A stretch of DNA of 64,000 nucleotides from a virus (Duplodnaviria > Heunggongvirae > Uroviricota > Caudoviricetes), in the IMG/VR virus record IMGVR_UViG_3300027770_000034; one strand, given 5' to 3'. Each line of letters opens with the position of its first letter. Position 1 is the first letter of the stretch. Shown here piece after piece: positions 39,779-49,986 of this stretch. A program made the translations under genes and the position numbers. The notes beneath the pieces were generated by a model that saw only the letters and a program-made list of their open reading frames with translations, ran no database searches and had not been told where the DNA came from.

Positions 39779-41022
39779 AAACAAAAAAACCAAGTGCAAT
39801 AGTTTACGGATGGTATAAAGAAGGCGAAGAGATATTAATCTCTGACATTTATTTTGAAGAAGGTTTAGAGGATGAAGTTGTTGTTTACGCTCTCCCATAT
39901 ACTAACGATGTTGTTGGTGATTTTTCAAAATATCAACCCGACCTTATCATTTCGTTTTTTGATGAGATTAATGTTCCGCACTATTATTTAAAACAACTCC
40001 ATATTCATTTTGATGAGATGCATGGGGATAATGTATTAGCAAATATAATTGTTTGCCAAACTGTTTTTAGACATACAAAAGTTATTAGACCAAGATTTTC
40101 AGTCTTTACTCCAACATATAAAACAGGAGAAAGAATCAAAAGAACTTATCAAAGTTTGGTTAATCAAACATTTTCTAATTGGGAATGGGTTGTTGTTGAT
40201 GATTCTCCTGATGACGAAACTTGGAAAATTTTACAAGAGATTTCCAATTATGATTACCGTGTAAAGTTACACAAAATATATCCAGTATCAGGTGGTAATG
40301 TTGGACTTGCAAAACACAGGGCGGCAATGCTTGGTGACGGTGATTGGTTGGTTGAGTTAGACCACGACGATTATTTAATTAGCACTTGTTTAGAAACCTG
40401 TAATGACGCCATCTTGAAACATCCTGATGGGGGATTTTTATATACAGATGTATGTGAACTTTATGAGGATGGTGAGATGAAATCATATGACCATGATTGG
40501 TCAGGTAATTGGTATGGAAGACCTGACAACTTTTTTGATTTTGGATATGCGGGACATAGTTGGGTTAATGCGGATGGAAAAGATTACTTATCTCATTGGT
40601 ACCCCGATATCAACCCACTAACGATTAGATTCAACATCTCAATGCCAGACCACGTAAGAATGTGGGAACGTAACCTTTATCATCAAATCGGTGGACATAA
40701 TAAAAATACACCTGTTGCAGATGATTTGGAAATGATTATTAGAAGTTTCTTACACACACGATTTATTCACGTAAAACGTATGTTATATTTACAATACAAC
40801 AATAGAAATAGTACCGTTGATAATAACGCACAAGATATAAACCGAAGAGCAAGATTAATAAGAGATTATTATGATATTGCAATTCACAATCGTATTACTG
40901 AATTAGGGTTTGAAGATTGGTGTTGGAATGAAGATAGGCAACATTCACATAAATTCCAAAACCACCAACCTGAAAAAAGATTTTACGATAAAGAAGAAGT
41001 AATGAATTACATTTATGAATAA
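39775..41022 (+). CDS. family 2 glycosyltransferase
   Basis: PRFSVFTPTYKTGERIKRTYQSLVNQTFSNWEWVVVDDSPDDETW is the classic GT2 N-terminal signature, with DxD LDHDD. Confidence 0.8.
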   Translation: MKTKKPSAIVYGWYKEGEEILISDIYFEEGLEDEVVVYALPYTNDVVGDFSKYQPDLIISFFDEINVPHYYLKQLHIHFDEMHGDNVLANIIVCQTVFRHTKVIRPRFSVFTPTYKTGERIKRTYQSLVNQTFSNWEWVVVDDSPDDETWKILQEISNYDYRVKLHKIYPVSGGNVGLAKHRAAMLGDGDWLVELDHDDYLISTCLETCNDAILKHPDGGFLYTDVCELYEDGEMKSYDHDWSGNWYGRPDNFFDFGYAGHSWVNADGKDYLSHWYPDINPLTIRFNISMPDHVRMWERNLYHQIGGHNKNTPVADDLEMIIRSFLHTRFIHVKRMLYLQYNNRNSTVDNNAQDINRRARLIRDYYDIAIHNRITELGFEDWCWNEDRQHSHKFQNHQPEKRFYDKEEVMNYIYE

Positions 41023-42172
41023 GAAAACCAAAATATGTTTAAACGCAATGGTTGGCAATGAAGCCAAGACCATTCTAAGAATGCTAGAGTCAGTGGCTCT
41101 TCACATAGATTATTGGGTCATCCAATGCAATGGCAAAGAAGATAATACAAGTCAAATTATTAACGAATTTTTTGACGAACAAGGAATTCCTGGATTTACT
41201 TATGAAACTGATTGGAATTATCCAGGATTTAATAGAGACCACACTCTTCAAGAAGCACTTAAAGCTGACCACGGATGTGATTGGATTTTAAGAATGGATG
41301 CTGATGAGAGACTTCACGTTGATGAGGATTTTGATTGGTCATTACTTGATGATACATCAGTACAGAGTTATAATATGGGCGCTGAGGCTGGAGATACAAA
41401 ATATTTCAGAACATGGTTTTGGAATAGTAAGTTACCATGGTTCTTTCAACATGACAAAAGACACGAAACAATTCATTTACCTGAAATTGGTGAAGGGTTC
41501 CAAAGAAATAATATGCCTTGGGGATTTAGACACAAGGTATCACAAGATGGTGAGACTTGGCACGTACCAAGAAAGTTTTTGAATGATGCTTTAGAATTAG
41601 AAAAAGATAAAGTTGTTGGGTATAAAGTTTTAGAAGATTATTATCATTTGTGGTATATTGCTAAAAGTTATGCCGATAGTTATGGAAATCCAGATGAATT
41701 ACCTTTTGGTAAAATTCATTCTGATGAATATGCCAGACGTTCAATATGGTACTACGAAAGATTCTTAGAATTAACACATGATTGGAGTAATTCAAAAACT
41801 GCTAAAGGTAAAGACGAAATGTGTTATTATGCGTTGATTATGATGGCACATGCACATAGTTTTATTGGAAATATAAAAGAAGCTGAAGAACATTTTTTAT
41901 TGGCTGAACAATTTCAACCTGAAAGAAATGAACACTTGGTTTACTTGTGTATCTTTTTAGAAAATGAGGGAAGACAAAATGATATGATGCAATATATTGA
42001 CAAAATGTTACAATCCGAAAGAGTAAATCCGTTTCCAAATCTAAGTTTTTTAATTGAAAACAGGGCTTATTATAATACAGGAGATTATCTAATTAAACTT
42101 AAAGAAAAAATTCAAAAAAAATCCGAAGAGTTTTCAATTAATTTAGATTCCATTACTTTTGATTTCAAATGA
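41015..42172 (+). CDS. GT2-like glycosyltransferase with C-terminal TPR-like region
   Basis: N-terminus KICLNAMVGNEAKTILRMLESV resembles the ISLCMIVKNEE signature of TPR-containing GT2 enzymes. C-terminal helical-repeat region. Overlaps neighbours by 8 and 4 nt. Confidence 0.55.
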   Translation: MNKKTKICLNAMVGNEAKTILRMLESVALHIDYWVIQCNGKEDNTSQIINEFFDEQGIPGFTYETDWNYPGFNRDHTLQEALKADHGCDWILRMDADERLHVDEDFDWSLLDDTSVQSYNMGAEAGDTKYFRTWFWNSKLPWFFQHDKRHETIHLPEIGEGFQRNNMPWGFRHKVSQDGETWHVPRKFLNDALELEKDKVVGYKVLEDYYHLWYIAKSYADSYGNPDELPFGKIHSDEYARRSIWYYERFLELTHDWSNSKTAKGKDEMCYYALIMMAHAHSFIGNIKEAEEHFLLAEQFQPERNEHLVYLCIFLENEGRQNDMMQYIDKMLQSERVNPFPNLSFLIENRAYYNTGDYLIKLKEKIQKKSEEFSINLDSITFDFK

Positions 42173-43284
42173 TTTTAATGAAAAAACCATATGATTACTT
42201 AATAGTTGGAGCGGGACCTTATGGTTCCGTTTCTGCGTATGAATTAACCAAGAGAGGTAAGAAATGTTTGGTCATAGATAAACGTGATGTTATTGGTGGT
42301 AATTGTTATACTGAAAACGTAAACAATATTCATGTTCACAAATACGGAGCACACATATTTCATACCAACGACAAATATATTTGGGATTACGTAAATCAGT
42401 TTGCCGAATTTAAACAATATACACATAATGTTATTGCGAATTACAAAGGAGAAATGTACACACTCCCATTTAATATGTGGACATTCAATCAATTGTGGGG
42501 TGTTAAAACTCAAGAAGAAGCCGAAGCAATCATTGAAAAACAAAAATACAAAGGTAAAATTCAAAACCTTGAAGACCAAGCAAGGTCAATGGTTGGCGAT
42601 GATGTATACGAAAAACTTATCAAAGGGTATACAGTCAAACAATGGGATAAGCCATGTTCAGAGTTACCACCATCAATCATCAAAAGACTCCCAGTAAGAT
42701 TTACTTGGGATAGTAACTACTTCAACGACAAGTATACTGGGATGCCTGTTGGGGGTTATACTCAAATATTTGAAAAGATGTTAAATTGTTGTGAGGTTAA
42801 GTTGGGTGTAGATTATTTTGAAAATAGGGATTATTATGATAGTCTTGCCGACAAAGTTATCTACACAGGACCAATTGATAGATATTTTGATTACCAGTTT
42901 GGTAAGTTAGAATATAGGAGCCTAAAATGGGAAACAGAAATACTTGAGAAAGATAATTTCCAAGGAGTTCCCGTGGTAAACTATACTGACTTAAAGATTT
43001 CATATACAAGAATATTAGAACATAAGTGGTTTGACCATCAGAACCAAAAGGGTACAATTATTAGTTATGAATATCCTGCCGCTTACGATGGTAAGAATGA
43101 ACCATATTACCCTATTAGAGACGATAAAAACACTCAGGTCTATACCAAGTATCAAGAACTAACTAAACCTCTTAAAAACGTTTATTTTGGGGGTAGATTG
43201 GCGACGTATGTTTATTATGATATGCATCAAATAATTGCTCAGGCATTAAAGATGATAGGGCACCTTGACGAATCTGAAAAATAG
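42169..43284 (+). CDS. glf: UDP-galactopyranose mutase
   Basis: YDYLIVGAGPYGSV (FAD Rossmann GxGxxG), KCLVIDKRDVIGGNCYTE, IHVHKYGAHIFHTNDKYIWDYV and LPFNMWTFNQLWG parallel Glf along its whole length. Confidence 0.9.
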   Translation: MILMKKPYDYLIVGAGPYGSVSAYELTKRGKKCLVIDKRDVIGGNCYTENVNNIHVHKYGAHIFHTNDKYIWDYVNQFAEFKQYTHNVIANYKGEMYTLPFNMWTFNQLWGVKTQEEAEAIIEKQKYKGKIQNLEDQARSMVGDDVYEKLIKGYTVKQWDKPCSELPPSIIKRLPVRFTWDSNYFNDKYTGMPVGGYTQIFEKMLNCCEVKLGVDYFENRDYYDSLADKVIYTGPIDRYFDYQFGKLEYRSLKWETEILEKDNFQGVPVVNYTDLKISYTRILEHKWFDHQNQKGTIISYEYPAAYDGKNEPYYPIRDDKNTQVYTKYQELTKPLKNVYFGGRLATYVYYDMHQIIAQALKMIGHLDESEK

Positions 43285-43308
43285 ACTATATTTTAAAAAA
43301 AAAATAAC

Positions 43309-43749
43309 ATGACAATCAAACAAGCCTTAAAGTACAAGAATAAACTTGTATCTAAAATGAATATTGAATTTAACAGAGCTCACCAATACAATTCAGTTGA
43401 GGATGGAGAAAAAAGACCATACTCTGCCAGTGATTCACTTTCAAAATATTTTGAATTGAGTAATGAATTGGTTGAATTAAAAACCAAATTACATAAAGCA
43501 AACGCTGAGGTTTATGATAAGATATTTCTTTTATCTGAACTTAAATCAAGAATTAGTAAGTTACAAATTTTAGATTGTAATGAAGGTAAAGTTTCTGATA
43601 GATTCAGTCGTATACATGGAGACGCTCCTGTAGTTAAAACTGCTCAAATTACAATCTTAGAAAGAGATATGTTGGTTCAAGAAATTGAGTCAAAAATTGA
43701 AGAAGTTCAAGAAGAATTGGACTTACATAATGCAACTACTGAGATTTAA
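43309..43749 (+). CDS. coiled-coil hypothetical protein
   Basis: 146 aa with heptad-like K/E-rich segments. Confidence 0.45.
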   Translation: MTIKQALKYKNKLVSKMNIEFNRAHQYNSVEDGEKRPYSASDSLSKYFELSNELVELKTKLHKANAEVYDKIFLLSELKSRISKLQILDCNEGKVSDRFSRIHGDAPVVKTAQITILERDMLVQEIESKIEEVQEELDLHNATTEI

Positions 43750-43964
43750 TATATTGGGGTTAGGTTTAAAGGAAAATTGTTTATTGATTGTTCGCTTCAT
43801 GTGAACTTTACAACATATAATCTGAAAAATGTGATGCAAGACATTGATTCGTATTCAAACTTCAACAGTCAACATTTCAAGTTTCATCATTCTATTCTTT
43901 TAAAACTCATTCAAACTTAAACTTTTGAACTTTTTACTTAACCCTTTTTTTCCTTTCTTTATTC

Positions 43965-44390
43965 ATGATATTTATAATCATGAAACTCGTTCTAAAAAAT
44001 TCAAACAAATTATTTGACACAACTCAAAATGAGACTGTTAAAGAGTTTGTTAAATTTATCAGAAAACAATTACCCCTTCAAAAAGACACCACTGTTACTT
44101 TTTTAGAAAAACGTGACCAATCAATGACTACAGGCGTTAGGAGACCTAATAGTGAAATTTTTGTGTTGACCTCCAAAAGATTATTAATTGATGTGTTAAG
44201 AACTTTAGCCCACGAATGGGTACATGAATACCAACATCAAAAAATGGGACTTGAGGACGACAAACCTGTGCAGGATATTGGTGGTAAAGTAGAAAACATG
44301 GCAAATGCTTTGGGTGGTATTATGGTAAAAAAGTTTGAAAAAGAGTTCCCTAAATATGAAAACGCATTATACGGAGAACATGAATCTTAA
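43965..44390 (+). CDS. SprT-like HExxH zinc-metallopeptidase-like protein
   Basis: RTLAHEWVHEYQH motif. Confidence 0.45.
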   Translation: MIFIIMKLVLKNSNKLFDTTQNETVKEFVKFIRKQLPLQKDTTVTFLEKRDQSMTTGVRRPNSEIFVLTSKRLLIDVLRTLAHEWVHEYQHQKMGLEDDKPVQDIGGKVENMANALGGIMVKKFEKEFPKYENALYGEHES

Positions 44391-44994
44391 CGAACAAATC
44401 TCAAGAATCAGAGGATTAATTTATGAGTTGGCACCACATTCAAGTGGGGTTCAAGAATTTATTGCTAAAGTCCAAGAGAAACCAGAACTTTTGAAACATA
44501 TGAATTTCAGAAACATAGAAGATTTATTAGATTATATTGACAACGCTAATTACGAAGAGTTTTCTCAATTAAGAGATGAAGTTAATCATTTTATTAGTAG
44601 AAGAAAAAAATACTTCCAAAGTGAAATGGATGAGTTTGAAAGGGCTGCACAAGATTTAAGTAGAGATGAAGGAATTGAAATATCTGTTAATCAATTATTA
44701 GATGCGTTTGAAAAATCCAAAGAAGTTAAAATATCTAATGATGTTTGGAGTAGACTAGAGAATACTGAATCTAATCAAATCAAGAAAGGTGAAATAAATA
44801 AAGTTATTGCTTTAGCCAAACAATATAACAAACAACATCCAAAAGAACTTAAGAAGGCATTATTAAGTGGAGATTACAGAAGACCACTTATCTTAAAGTT
44901 TGGTGATAGATATCATTTAGTTGCTGGTAACACAAGATTATGTACTGCAGCAGCTCTTGGAATACAACCACAAGTTTTAATAGGTGAAATTTAA
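44380..44994 (+). CDS. ParB-like nuclease domain protein
   Basis: C-terminal HLVAGNTRLCTAAALGI matches the ParB/Srx GxxR..A motif. Start placed at the internal ATG (MNLNEQ...). Confidence 0.55.
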   Translation: MNLNEQISRIRGLIYELAPHSSGVQEFIAKVQEKPELLKHMNFRNIEDLLDYIDNANYEEFSQLRDEVNHFISRRKKYFQSEMDEFERAAQDLSRDEGIEISVNQLLDAFEKSKEVKISNDVWSRLENTESNQIKKGEINKVIALAKQYNKQHPKELKKALLSGDYRRPLILKFGDRYHLVAGNTRLCTAAALGIQPQVLIGEI

Positions 44995-45278
44995 TTATAA
45001 GGTTCAAAAATAAGAGAACATTCCTCATCTTCAAGAATAATTCTTTCGGCTTCTTCTTCTCTTAAAGCAATTGTTGATTCAACTTGACCTGAATTACTTA
45101 ATAGATTTACAATCCAAAGACCTGCTTGGTGTTTAGTTAACTCAATAAGACTTCCTGGCATAAGTCCCATCTCCATAAGCCTTAATCTCATACACACCTT
45201 ACAATTTTCACATTCAATTTTTTCAGGAACATTTTTAATAAGAAATATTTGTCCTGCGTTTTGGTTTTTTAAAATCAT
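44991..45278 (-). CDS. FeoA-domain (SH3-like) protein
   Basis: RLRLMEMGLMPGSLIELTKHQ...STIALREEEAERIIL parallels FeoA (R..L.SLGMLPGS...V.R......I......SLVLRK.DLALLEV). Confidence 0.55.
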   Translation of the reverse strand: MILKNQNAGQIFLIKNVPEKIECENCKVCMRLRLMEMGLMPGSLIELTKHQAGLWIVNLLSNSGQVESTIALREEEAERIILEDEECSLIFEPYN

Positions 45279-45333
45279 CCTTAATAAATATAATTCATTT
45301 GAAATATAGGAAAAGTTTTCTTATTATTGTAGT

Positions 45334-45699
45334 ATGAAGTACAGAACAAGAAAACTTATTAAACCAGAAGACTTAAACCCAAGAAGAACATTGTTTGGCG
45401 GAAAGGTTCTTCAATGGATTGATGAAGAAGCGTCCATCTTTGCAATATGTCAATTGAATAGTCCAAATATAGTGACAAAAGCAATGTCGGCAATAAATTT
45501 TGTTTCCACGGCAGTTGTTGGTGATATAATTGAATTTGGGATGGAACTTGTTAAAGTTGGAAATACATCAATAACTATGGCTTGTGATGTTAGAAACAAA
45601 ATAACAAAACAATCTATTGTAAAAATAGATGAAATTGTTTTTGTACTTTTAGATGAAAACGGAAAACCTACACCTCACGGAAAAAATAAAGAAATATGA
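45334..45699 (+). CDS. hotdog-fold acyl-CoA thioesterase
   Basis: DLNPRRTLFGGKVLQWIDEEASIFAI...IVTKAMSAINFVSTAVVGDIIEF matches the acyl-CoA hydrolase (BFIT/COG1607) signature. Confidence 0.7.
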   Translation: MKYRTRKLIKPEDLNPRRTLFGGKVLQWIDEEASIFAICQLNSPNIVTKAMSAINFVSTAVVGDIIEFGMELVKVGNTSITMACDVRNKITKQSIVKIDEIVFVLLDENGKPTPHGKNKEI

Positions 45700-45929
45700 A
45701 AGAATTAGACTTACACGGATTATCACATGAAGAAGTTTGGGATGTTGTTGAAAACTTCGTACTAATGAACTCAGAAGAATTACCTTTAAAAATTATTACA
45801 GGTAATTCAGACAGAATGAAAGAGATTGTTACAGGAGTGTTGGACTCTTATGACTACGTGTATGAAACACCTGCACATAACGGAGGAGAAATAATTGTTT
45901 TAGAAGATAGAGATACAATATTTGATTAA
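45696..45929 (+). CDS. Smr domain protein
   Basis: ELDLHGLSHEEVWDVVENFV......LPLKIITGNS parallels Smr (LDLHGL...EA...L..FL..A...G.....IIHGKG). Confidence 0.7.
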   Translation: MKELDLHGLSHEEVWDVVENFVLMNSEELPLKIITGNSDRMKEIVTGVLDSYDYVYETPAHNGGEIIVLEDRDTIFD

Positions 45930-46573
45930 CTTTTCCAAGAGTCTTTATCATATCCAAACAGTTCAAATGAATCTGGATGATTATAATATACTAAATCGGC
46001 TAAAGATTGGTCATAGTATTTTTTCCAATAATCTCCTCCCTCATTAATTGAATTGTTCAATCTTATTTTGGTTAAAGTTTCCAATTCGCCTGACAAATTA
46101 AATCCATGGTTGGGAACAAATGGTAATTTTAACCAATCTTCGTATAAATGTTCTAATCTTATAATATAATCAGGTTTTCTTTGATGAAAACATTGACAAC
46201 AACCGTCAACATCAAATGGATTTTGCATCATATTTTCAACCCTAGATTTCAAAAATTGATAAATGAATGAAAAATCATTATGTTTACTAAATTCACCATC
46301 ATTTATACCTGACCTTGAAATAATCATTGAATAAGGATTTCTTACTGATATAACAAATTTATAATCCCAATGATTCTCAAAAAAATTACAAGTGTGATTA
46401 TGTCTAACTCCTGTTTTAAAATTAGATAATTTTTTTGTTTCCAAATTTAAATCTGCAGATTGAAAACCCAACATATCCAAAATAGTGGTGAAATGAGTGG
46501 ACCCAGTTCTTTCAGGAGTCCAACAAAAAAATTTGTATTTTTCAGAAATATTTATCGGTTTAATATGATTCAT
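45926..46573 (-). CDS. PAPS-dependent sulfotransferase-like protein (paralog)
   Basis: FFCWTPERTGSTHF (P-x-R-T-G-S-T), SVRNPYSMIISRS (R-N-P plus Ser at position 8) and YIIRLEHLYEDWLKLPF parallel 35501..36070. Confidence 0.6.
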   Translation of the reverse strand: MNHIKPINISEKYKFFCWTPERTGSTHFTTILDMLGFQSADLNLETKKLSNFKTGVRHNHTCNFFENHWDYKFVISVRNPYSMIISRSGINDGEFSKHNDFSFIYQFLKSRVENMMQNPFDVDGCCQCFHQRKPDYIIRLEHLYEDWLKLPFVPNHGFNLSGELETLTKIRLNNSINEGGDYWKKYYDQSLADLVYYNHPDSFELFGYDKDSWKS

Positions 46574-46576
46574 ACA

Positions 46577-46780
46577 ATCAAAAATATGACAACAAATAAT
46601 AAAGAAAACAGAATAGATGGAATTTATATTCCATTAAAAGTTGGAGATATAATTTACACAGGTAGATTTAGAAATAAGAAAACAACTGTAAAAACAATTG
46701 GTAAAGATGAATACGGAATGCCAACTGTTAACGGAAAGAGAGTTATGAACTTTAGGATATTGTCTGAAGATAAAAATTAG
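46577..46780 (+). CDS. small hypothetical protein
   Basis: Start placed at the ATG after the convergent gene (MTTNNKENRIDG...). 67 aa. Confidence 0.4.
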   Translation: MKNMTTNNKENRIDGIYIPLKVGDIIYTGRFRNKKTTVKTIGKDEYGMPTVNGKRVMNFRILSEDKN

Positions 46781-47194
46781 TTACCACTCAAAAAATGTGT
46801 TTGTATTTGTTGATTCGTAGTTTAAGATAAACGGCATTCCCGTTGATTTACGTATCATTCGTTCCAAATCATAAGTTAAGTCATCCGCATCAAAATCTCC
46901 TCGTCTTATTGAAGAATAGTATACCATGAGTTTTACACTCATGTATTTCTCTTCCTGTTCTCTATTACTGTGTTTTATTGTAACCCACTCCGCTTCAGTA
47001 ACTTTAACTTTTTCAAGCTGTTCAATTTGTTTACAAGATTCGTCTCCAACATCTCCTTGATAATCATCGGCACCATTATCACAAACTCTACGAATATAAT
47101 CCATTCTATTATCAATAAGGTCTTGAAAAAATTGGATATGTTTTTGTGATTCCAAAATTACATTGTATTGAGATTCGTTTATTACGTACTTCAT
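46781..47194 (-). CDS. hypothetical protein with conserved N-terminal motif
   Basis: N-terminus MKYVINESQYNVIL. Confidence 0.5.
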   Translation of the reverse strand: MKYVINESQYNVILESQKHIQFFQDLIDNRMDYIRRVCDNGADDYQGDVGDESCKQIEQLEKVKVTEAEWVTIKHSNREQEEKYMSVKLMVYYSSIRRGDFDADDLTYDLERMIRKSTGMPFILNYESTNTNTFFEW

Positions 47195-48321
47195 TAGTTG
47201 CTGGAAATTATAAATCTTACTTTATCCAAAGGATATCCTTCTTGTGAGATAGGGCTTGTTGATGTTAATCCCATCATATTTGCAATTGATGCAAACTCTT
47301 TTTTAAAGTTTTCTAATTGTGTTCTATAATCAATATCATCAGGATTAAACCATTTAGGCAATTTAGGATTTAATAGAACAATCCATTCAGTGTGACTACC
47401 TTTAGAGTCATCCTTCATATCACTACCCCAACCTTGAGGAGTTACCTTAGTAACTTCAACACCTTTGAGGTTATCAACAGGTGAATGTTTCATTGTATAT
47501 TTAAAAATGACATCAACCACTTTTTGGAATGCTGCGTCATATTTTAAACTATTTGGGTCTCTGATGTATTTTGGTGCATCACTCATTATCTTTTTGAGAT
47601 AATGGATGGGGTCAAAATATTCTTTAAGTCTTTCTAATTGTGATTCGGTTACAATGTATTTCTTTTTGGACTCATTAACTTCATCAATTAGCATTGATTC
47701 ATAAGGGATACCAAGTTCATCTAAACTCCACAATATTTGATTATACTTTCCATCATATAAATTCTTTGCGAAATCCTTACCTTCCCAATGTTTGGGGGAT
47801 GCAAAACGAGTTATTGCAGTATGAATCCAACTATCTTCGGGTGAATGTTTAATGTTGTATAAGGTAATAAGGTGAGTATAAGGTCTTTTTAGGAATTTCT
47901 TATAGTTTTTAGAACTTGAATCACCTTCAATTGCTGGTGTAATGAATACAGCGCCAGCGTTAATTAATTTATTAACATCAAATGGTAATCTTTCAGGGGC
48001 TTCGTTTCTACCCTCTATATAATCATAAACAACTGATTCAGATATAGATTCAGATTCATCACACTTTTTTGCTGTGGAACCAACATAAACATCCAAACCA
48101 ATCCACTTTTTAATTTCTTGTTTTACGCCTTCTCTAATCATTCTTGCAACAAACCCTGGCTTAGTGTTAGCTTCTTTTATGTAATCAATATCTAAAACTA
48201 CAATAACTTGAATGGAATCTTCACCATCGTCGGGAACAACCGTATAACCGCAAACACCATCTACCTCTTTATCAGATAAAAATGCTTCAAGTAATTTAAT
48301 TGTTTTCTCACGACTGTCCAT
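47194..48321 (-). CDS. hypothetical protein (internal copy of the conserved motif)
   Basis: 375 aa. Internal KKKYIVTESQLERLKEY resembles the N-terminal motif family. Confidence 0.5.
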   Translation of the reverse strand: MDSREKTIKLLEAFLSDKEVDGVCGYTVVPDDGEDSIQVIVVLDIDYIKEANTKPGFVARMIREGVKQEIKKWIGLDVYVGSTAKKCDESESISESVVYDYIEGRNEAPERLPFDVNKLINAGAVFITPAIEGDSSSKNYKKFLKRPYTHLITLYNIKHSPEDSWIHTAITRFASPKHWEGKDFAKNLYDGKYNQILWSLDELGIPYESMLIDEVNESKKKYIVTESQLERLKEYFDPIHYLKKIMSDAPKYIRDPNSLKYDAAFQKVVDVIFKYTMKHSPVDNLKGVEVTKVTPQGWGSDMKDDSKGSHTEWIVLLNPKLPKWFNPDDIDYRTQLENFKKEFASIANMMGLTSTSPISQEGYPLDKVRFIISSN

Positions 48322-48347
48322 GATAATAAATACTCAATGAATTAGTA

Positions 48348-49151
48348 ATGCAAGGTATGATATTTATTAATGTGAGACAACTAATTAAGAATATATTAAA
48401 GGAGGAAACACAACAAGATTTATCACCTGCAATCAAGGAATTATTAAAGGCAAGTATTGGTCCCAAATACAAAAAAATTATTTGCACCTTTGATGCTATT
48501 CCACCATGGAAGGCGCTAACAAACTCTGAAGATTATCAAATTATGGTTAGTGTTGTTGGTGGACCTGGTTCAAAACGTTGGCCAAACACACAAGACAAAG
48601 TTAGAGAAAGAGATGATATTGTGAATGATGTATGGCATACCGTTTATAATTTCATGGGTCTTAGTACGGATGTATTTTTAAGAAATGTTATGTCATGTGA
48701 TGAAGTAATAACTGAGTCATCCAACGAAAGATTAGAGAAATTGGTAGGTGATTACATAACAATGAGTTACCCAACAGCCAAAAAGTTTAGACTTGCACCT
48801 CATGGTGTAAATGGGTCAATTACAACATTTACTTTACCTGACCCTCAAGATGAGAAAGACAATTTAATTTTTAAATTTGATGTTTTTGGAAAGCCTGAAT
48901 ATAATATAAATCCTGAGTTTTTTAATTCAATTAAGTCTTTGTTCGGTGAAAAAAAGAATATGAAGAAATTAATCTTAAAGTGGTTCGAGGAAAAGGAGGT
49001 TGATGAGGATTTAATAGAAAATTCTGACACACACAAACAAGAACAGAACGAATCGGAATTAACTGAGAGATGTTGGAAAGGGTATACTCAAAAAGGAATG
49101 AAGACAATGTTCGGTAAGAGATATCCCAACTGTGTTAAAGCAAAGAAATAA
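48348..49151 (+). CDS. hypothetical protein
   Basis: 267-aa ORF. Confidence 0.5.
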   Translation: MQGMIFINVRQLIKNILKEETQQDLSPAIKELLKASIGPKYKKIICTFDAIPPWKALTNSEDYQIMVSVVGGPGSKRWPNTQDKVRERDDIVNDVWHTVYNFMGLSTDVFLRNVMSCDEVITESSNERLEKLVGDYITMSYPTAKKFRLAPHGVNGSITTFTLPDPQDEKDNLIFKFDVFGKPEYNINPEFFNSIKSLFGEKKNMKKLILKWFEEKEVDEDLIENSDTHKQEQNESELTERCWKGYTQKGMKTMFGKRYPNCVKAKK

Positions 49152-49963
49152 TGAAAAAACTATTACTAATTTTATTACTATCACCAATGATGGTATTCTC
49201 TCAGGATTCAAAGAACAGAGAGATGCAGATGCAAGTAAACAATTTACAACCACCTCCACCACCGCCACCTCCAGGACAGAAAGGTTCCTTGGTTAAAACA
49301 AATGCGTTCTTAACGTCATCTGATTTTGTATTCTTACAAAAACCAACATATGTTGGTGGATGGCTACAGGCAGTATCATTAGGTGCTGGAAGACAATCAA
49401 TGAATGGAGTCTATTCATATGGGGGAAACGGTTTTGTTACAACAGATGGTTCTCAGGTGGGGTTATCAGGATTTGTATCCAAAGGTGATAACAATTTATT
49501 TGTCTCTTATGTTAAATTGGCTAAGAGCAAAACAACAACATTAACTTATGTAAGACTATACAAAGGAAAATGGAATAAAGGATTTGGTATTAATTTATCA
49601 TCATCGTTTAGTCAAGTTGTTGATTCCGATTCAATACCACCAATGCACATTGTGGCACCTTCAGTAATGTTCTTTATCAATAGAACATACAACGTCGGCA
49701 AATTCACAATAACACCAGACTTATTACTTAGTTATTCAAATCCATATTTTGATGCGGGAAAAAACTCAGTTACATTCTTAGGTGCGGAAAGATGGGTGGG
49801 TTTTGAGTATGACCCAACGTTCAATGCATTAGTTGGAACATCAGTGGGGTACAAACTATCAAAGAGATTTACATTACTATTGGCGTACAGAGGAAACATT
49901 AATACAAATCCAAAGTTCGGGTTAATGAATAACATATCCATAGGAAACAAATTTAACCTATAA
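49151..49963 (+). CDS. secreted protein with signal peptide and poly-proline linker
   Basis: MKKLLLILLLSPMMVFSQ signal peptide, then NLQPPPPPPPPGQKG. The body is S/T/G-rich with beta-strand-like alternation. Confidence 0.5.
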   Translation: MKKLLLILLLSPMMVFSQDSKNREMQMQVNNLQPPPPPPPPGQKGSLVKTNAFLTSSDFVFLQKPTYVGGWLQAVSLGAGRQSMNGVYSYGGNGFVTTDGSQVGLSGFVSKGDNNLFVSYVKLAKSKTTTLTYVRLYKGKWNKGFGINLSSSFSQVVDSDSIPPMHIVAPSVMFFINRTYNVGKFTITPDLLLSYSNPYFDAGKNSVTFLGAERWVGFEYDPTFNALVGTSVGYKLSKRFTLLLAYRGNINTNPKFGLMNNISIGNKFNL

Positions 49964-49986
49964 TCTATTTATAACAAAACAAAACT

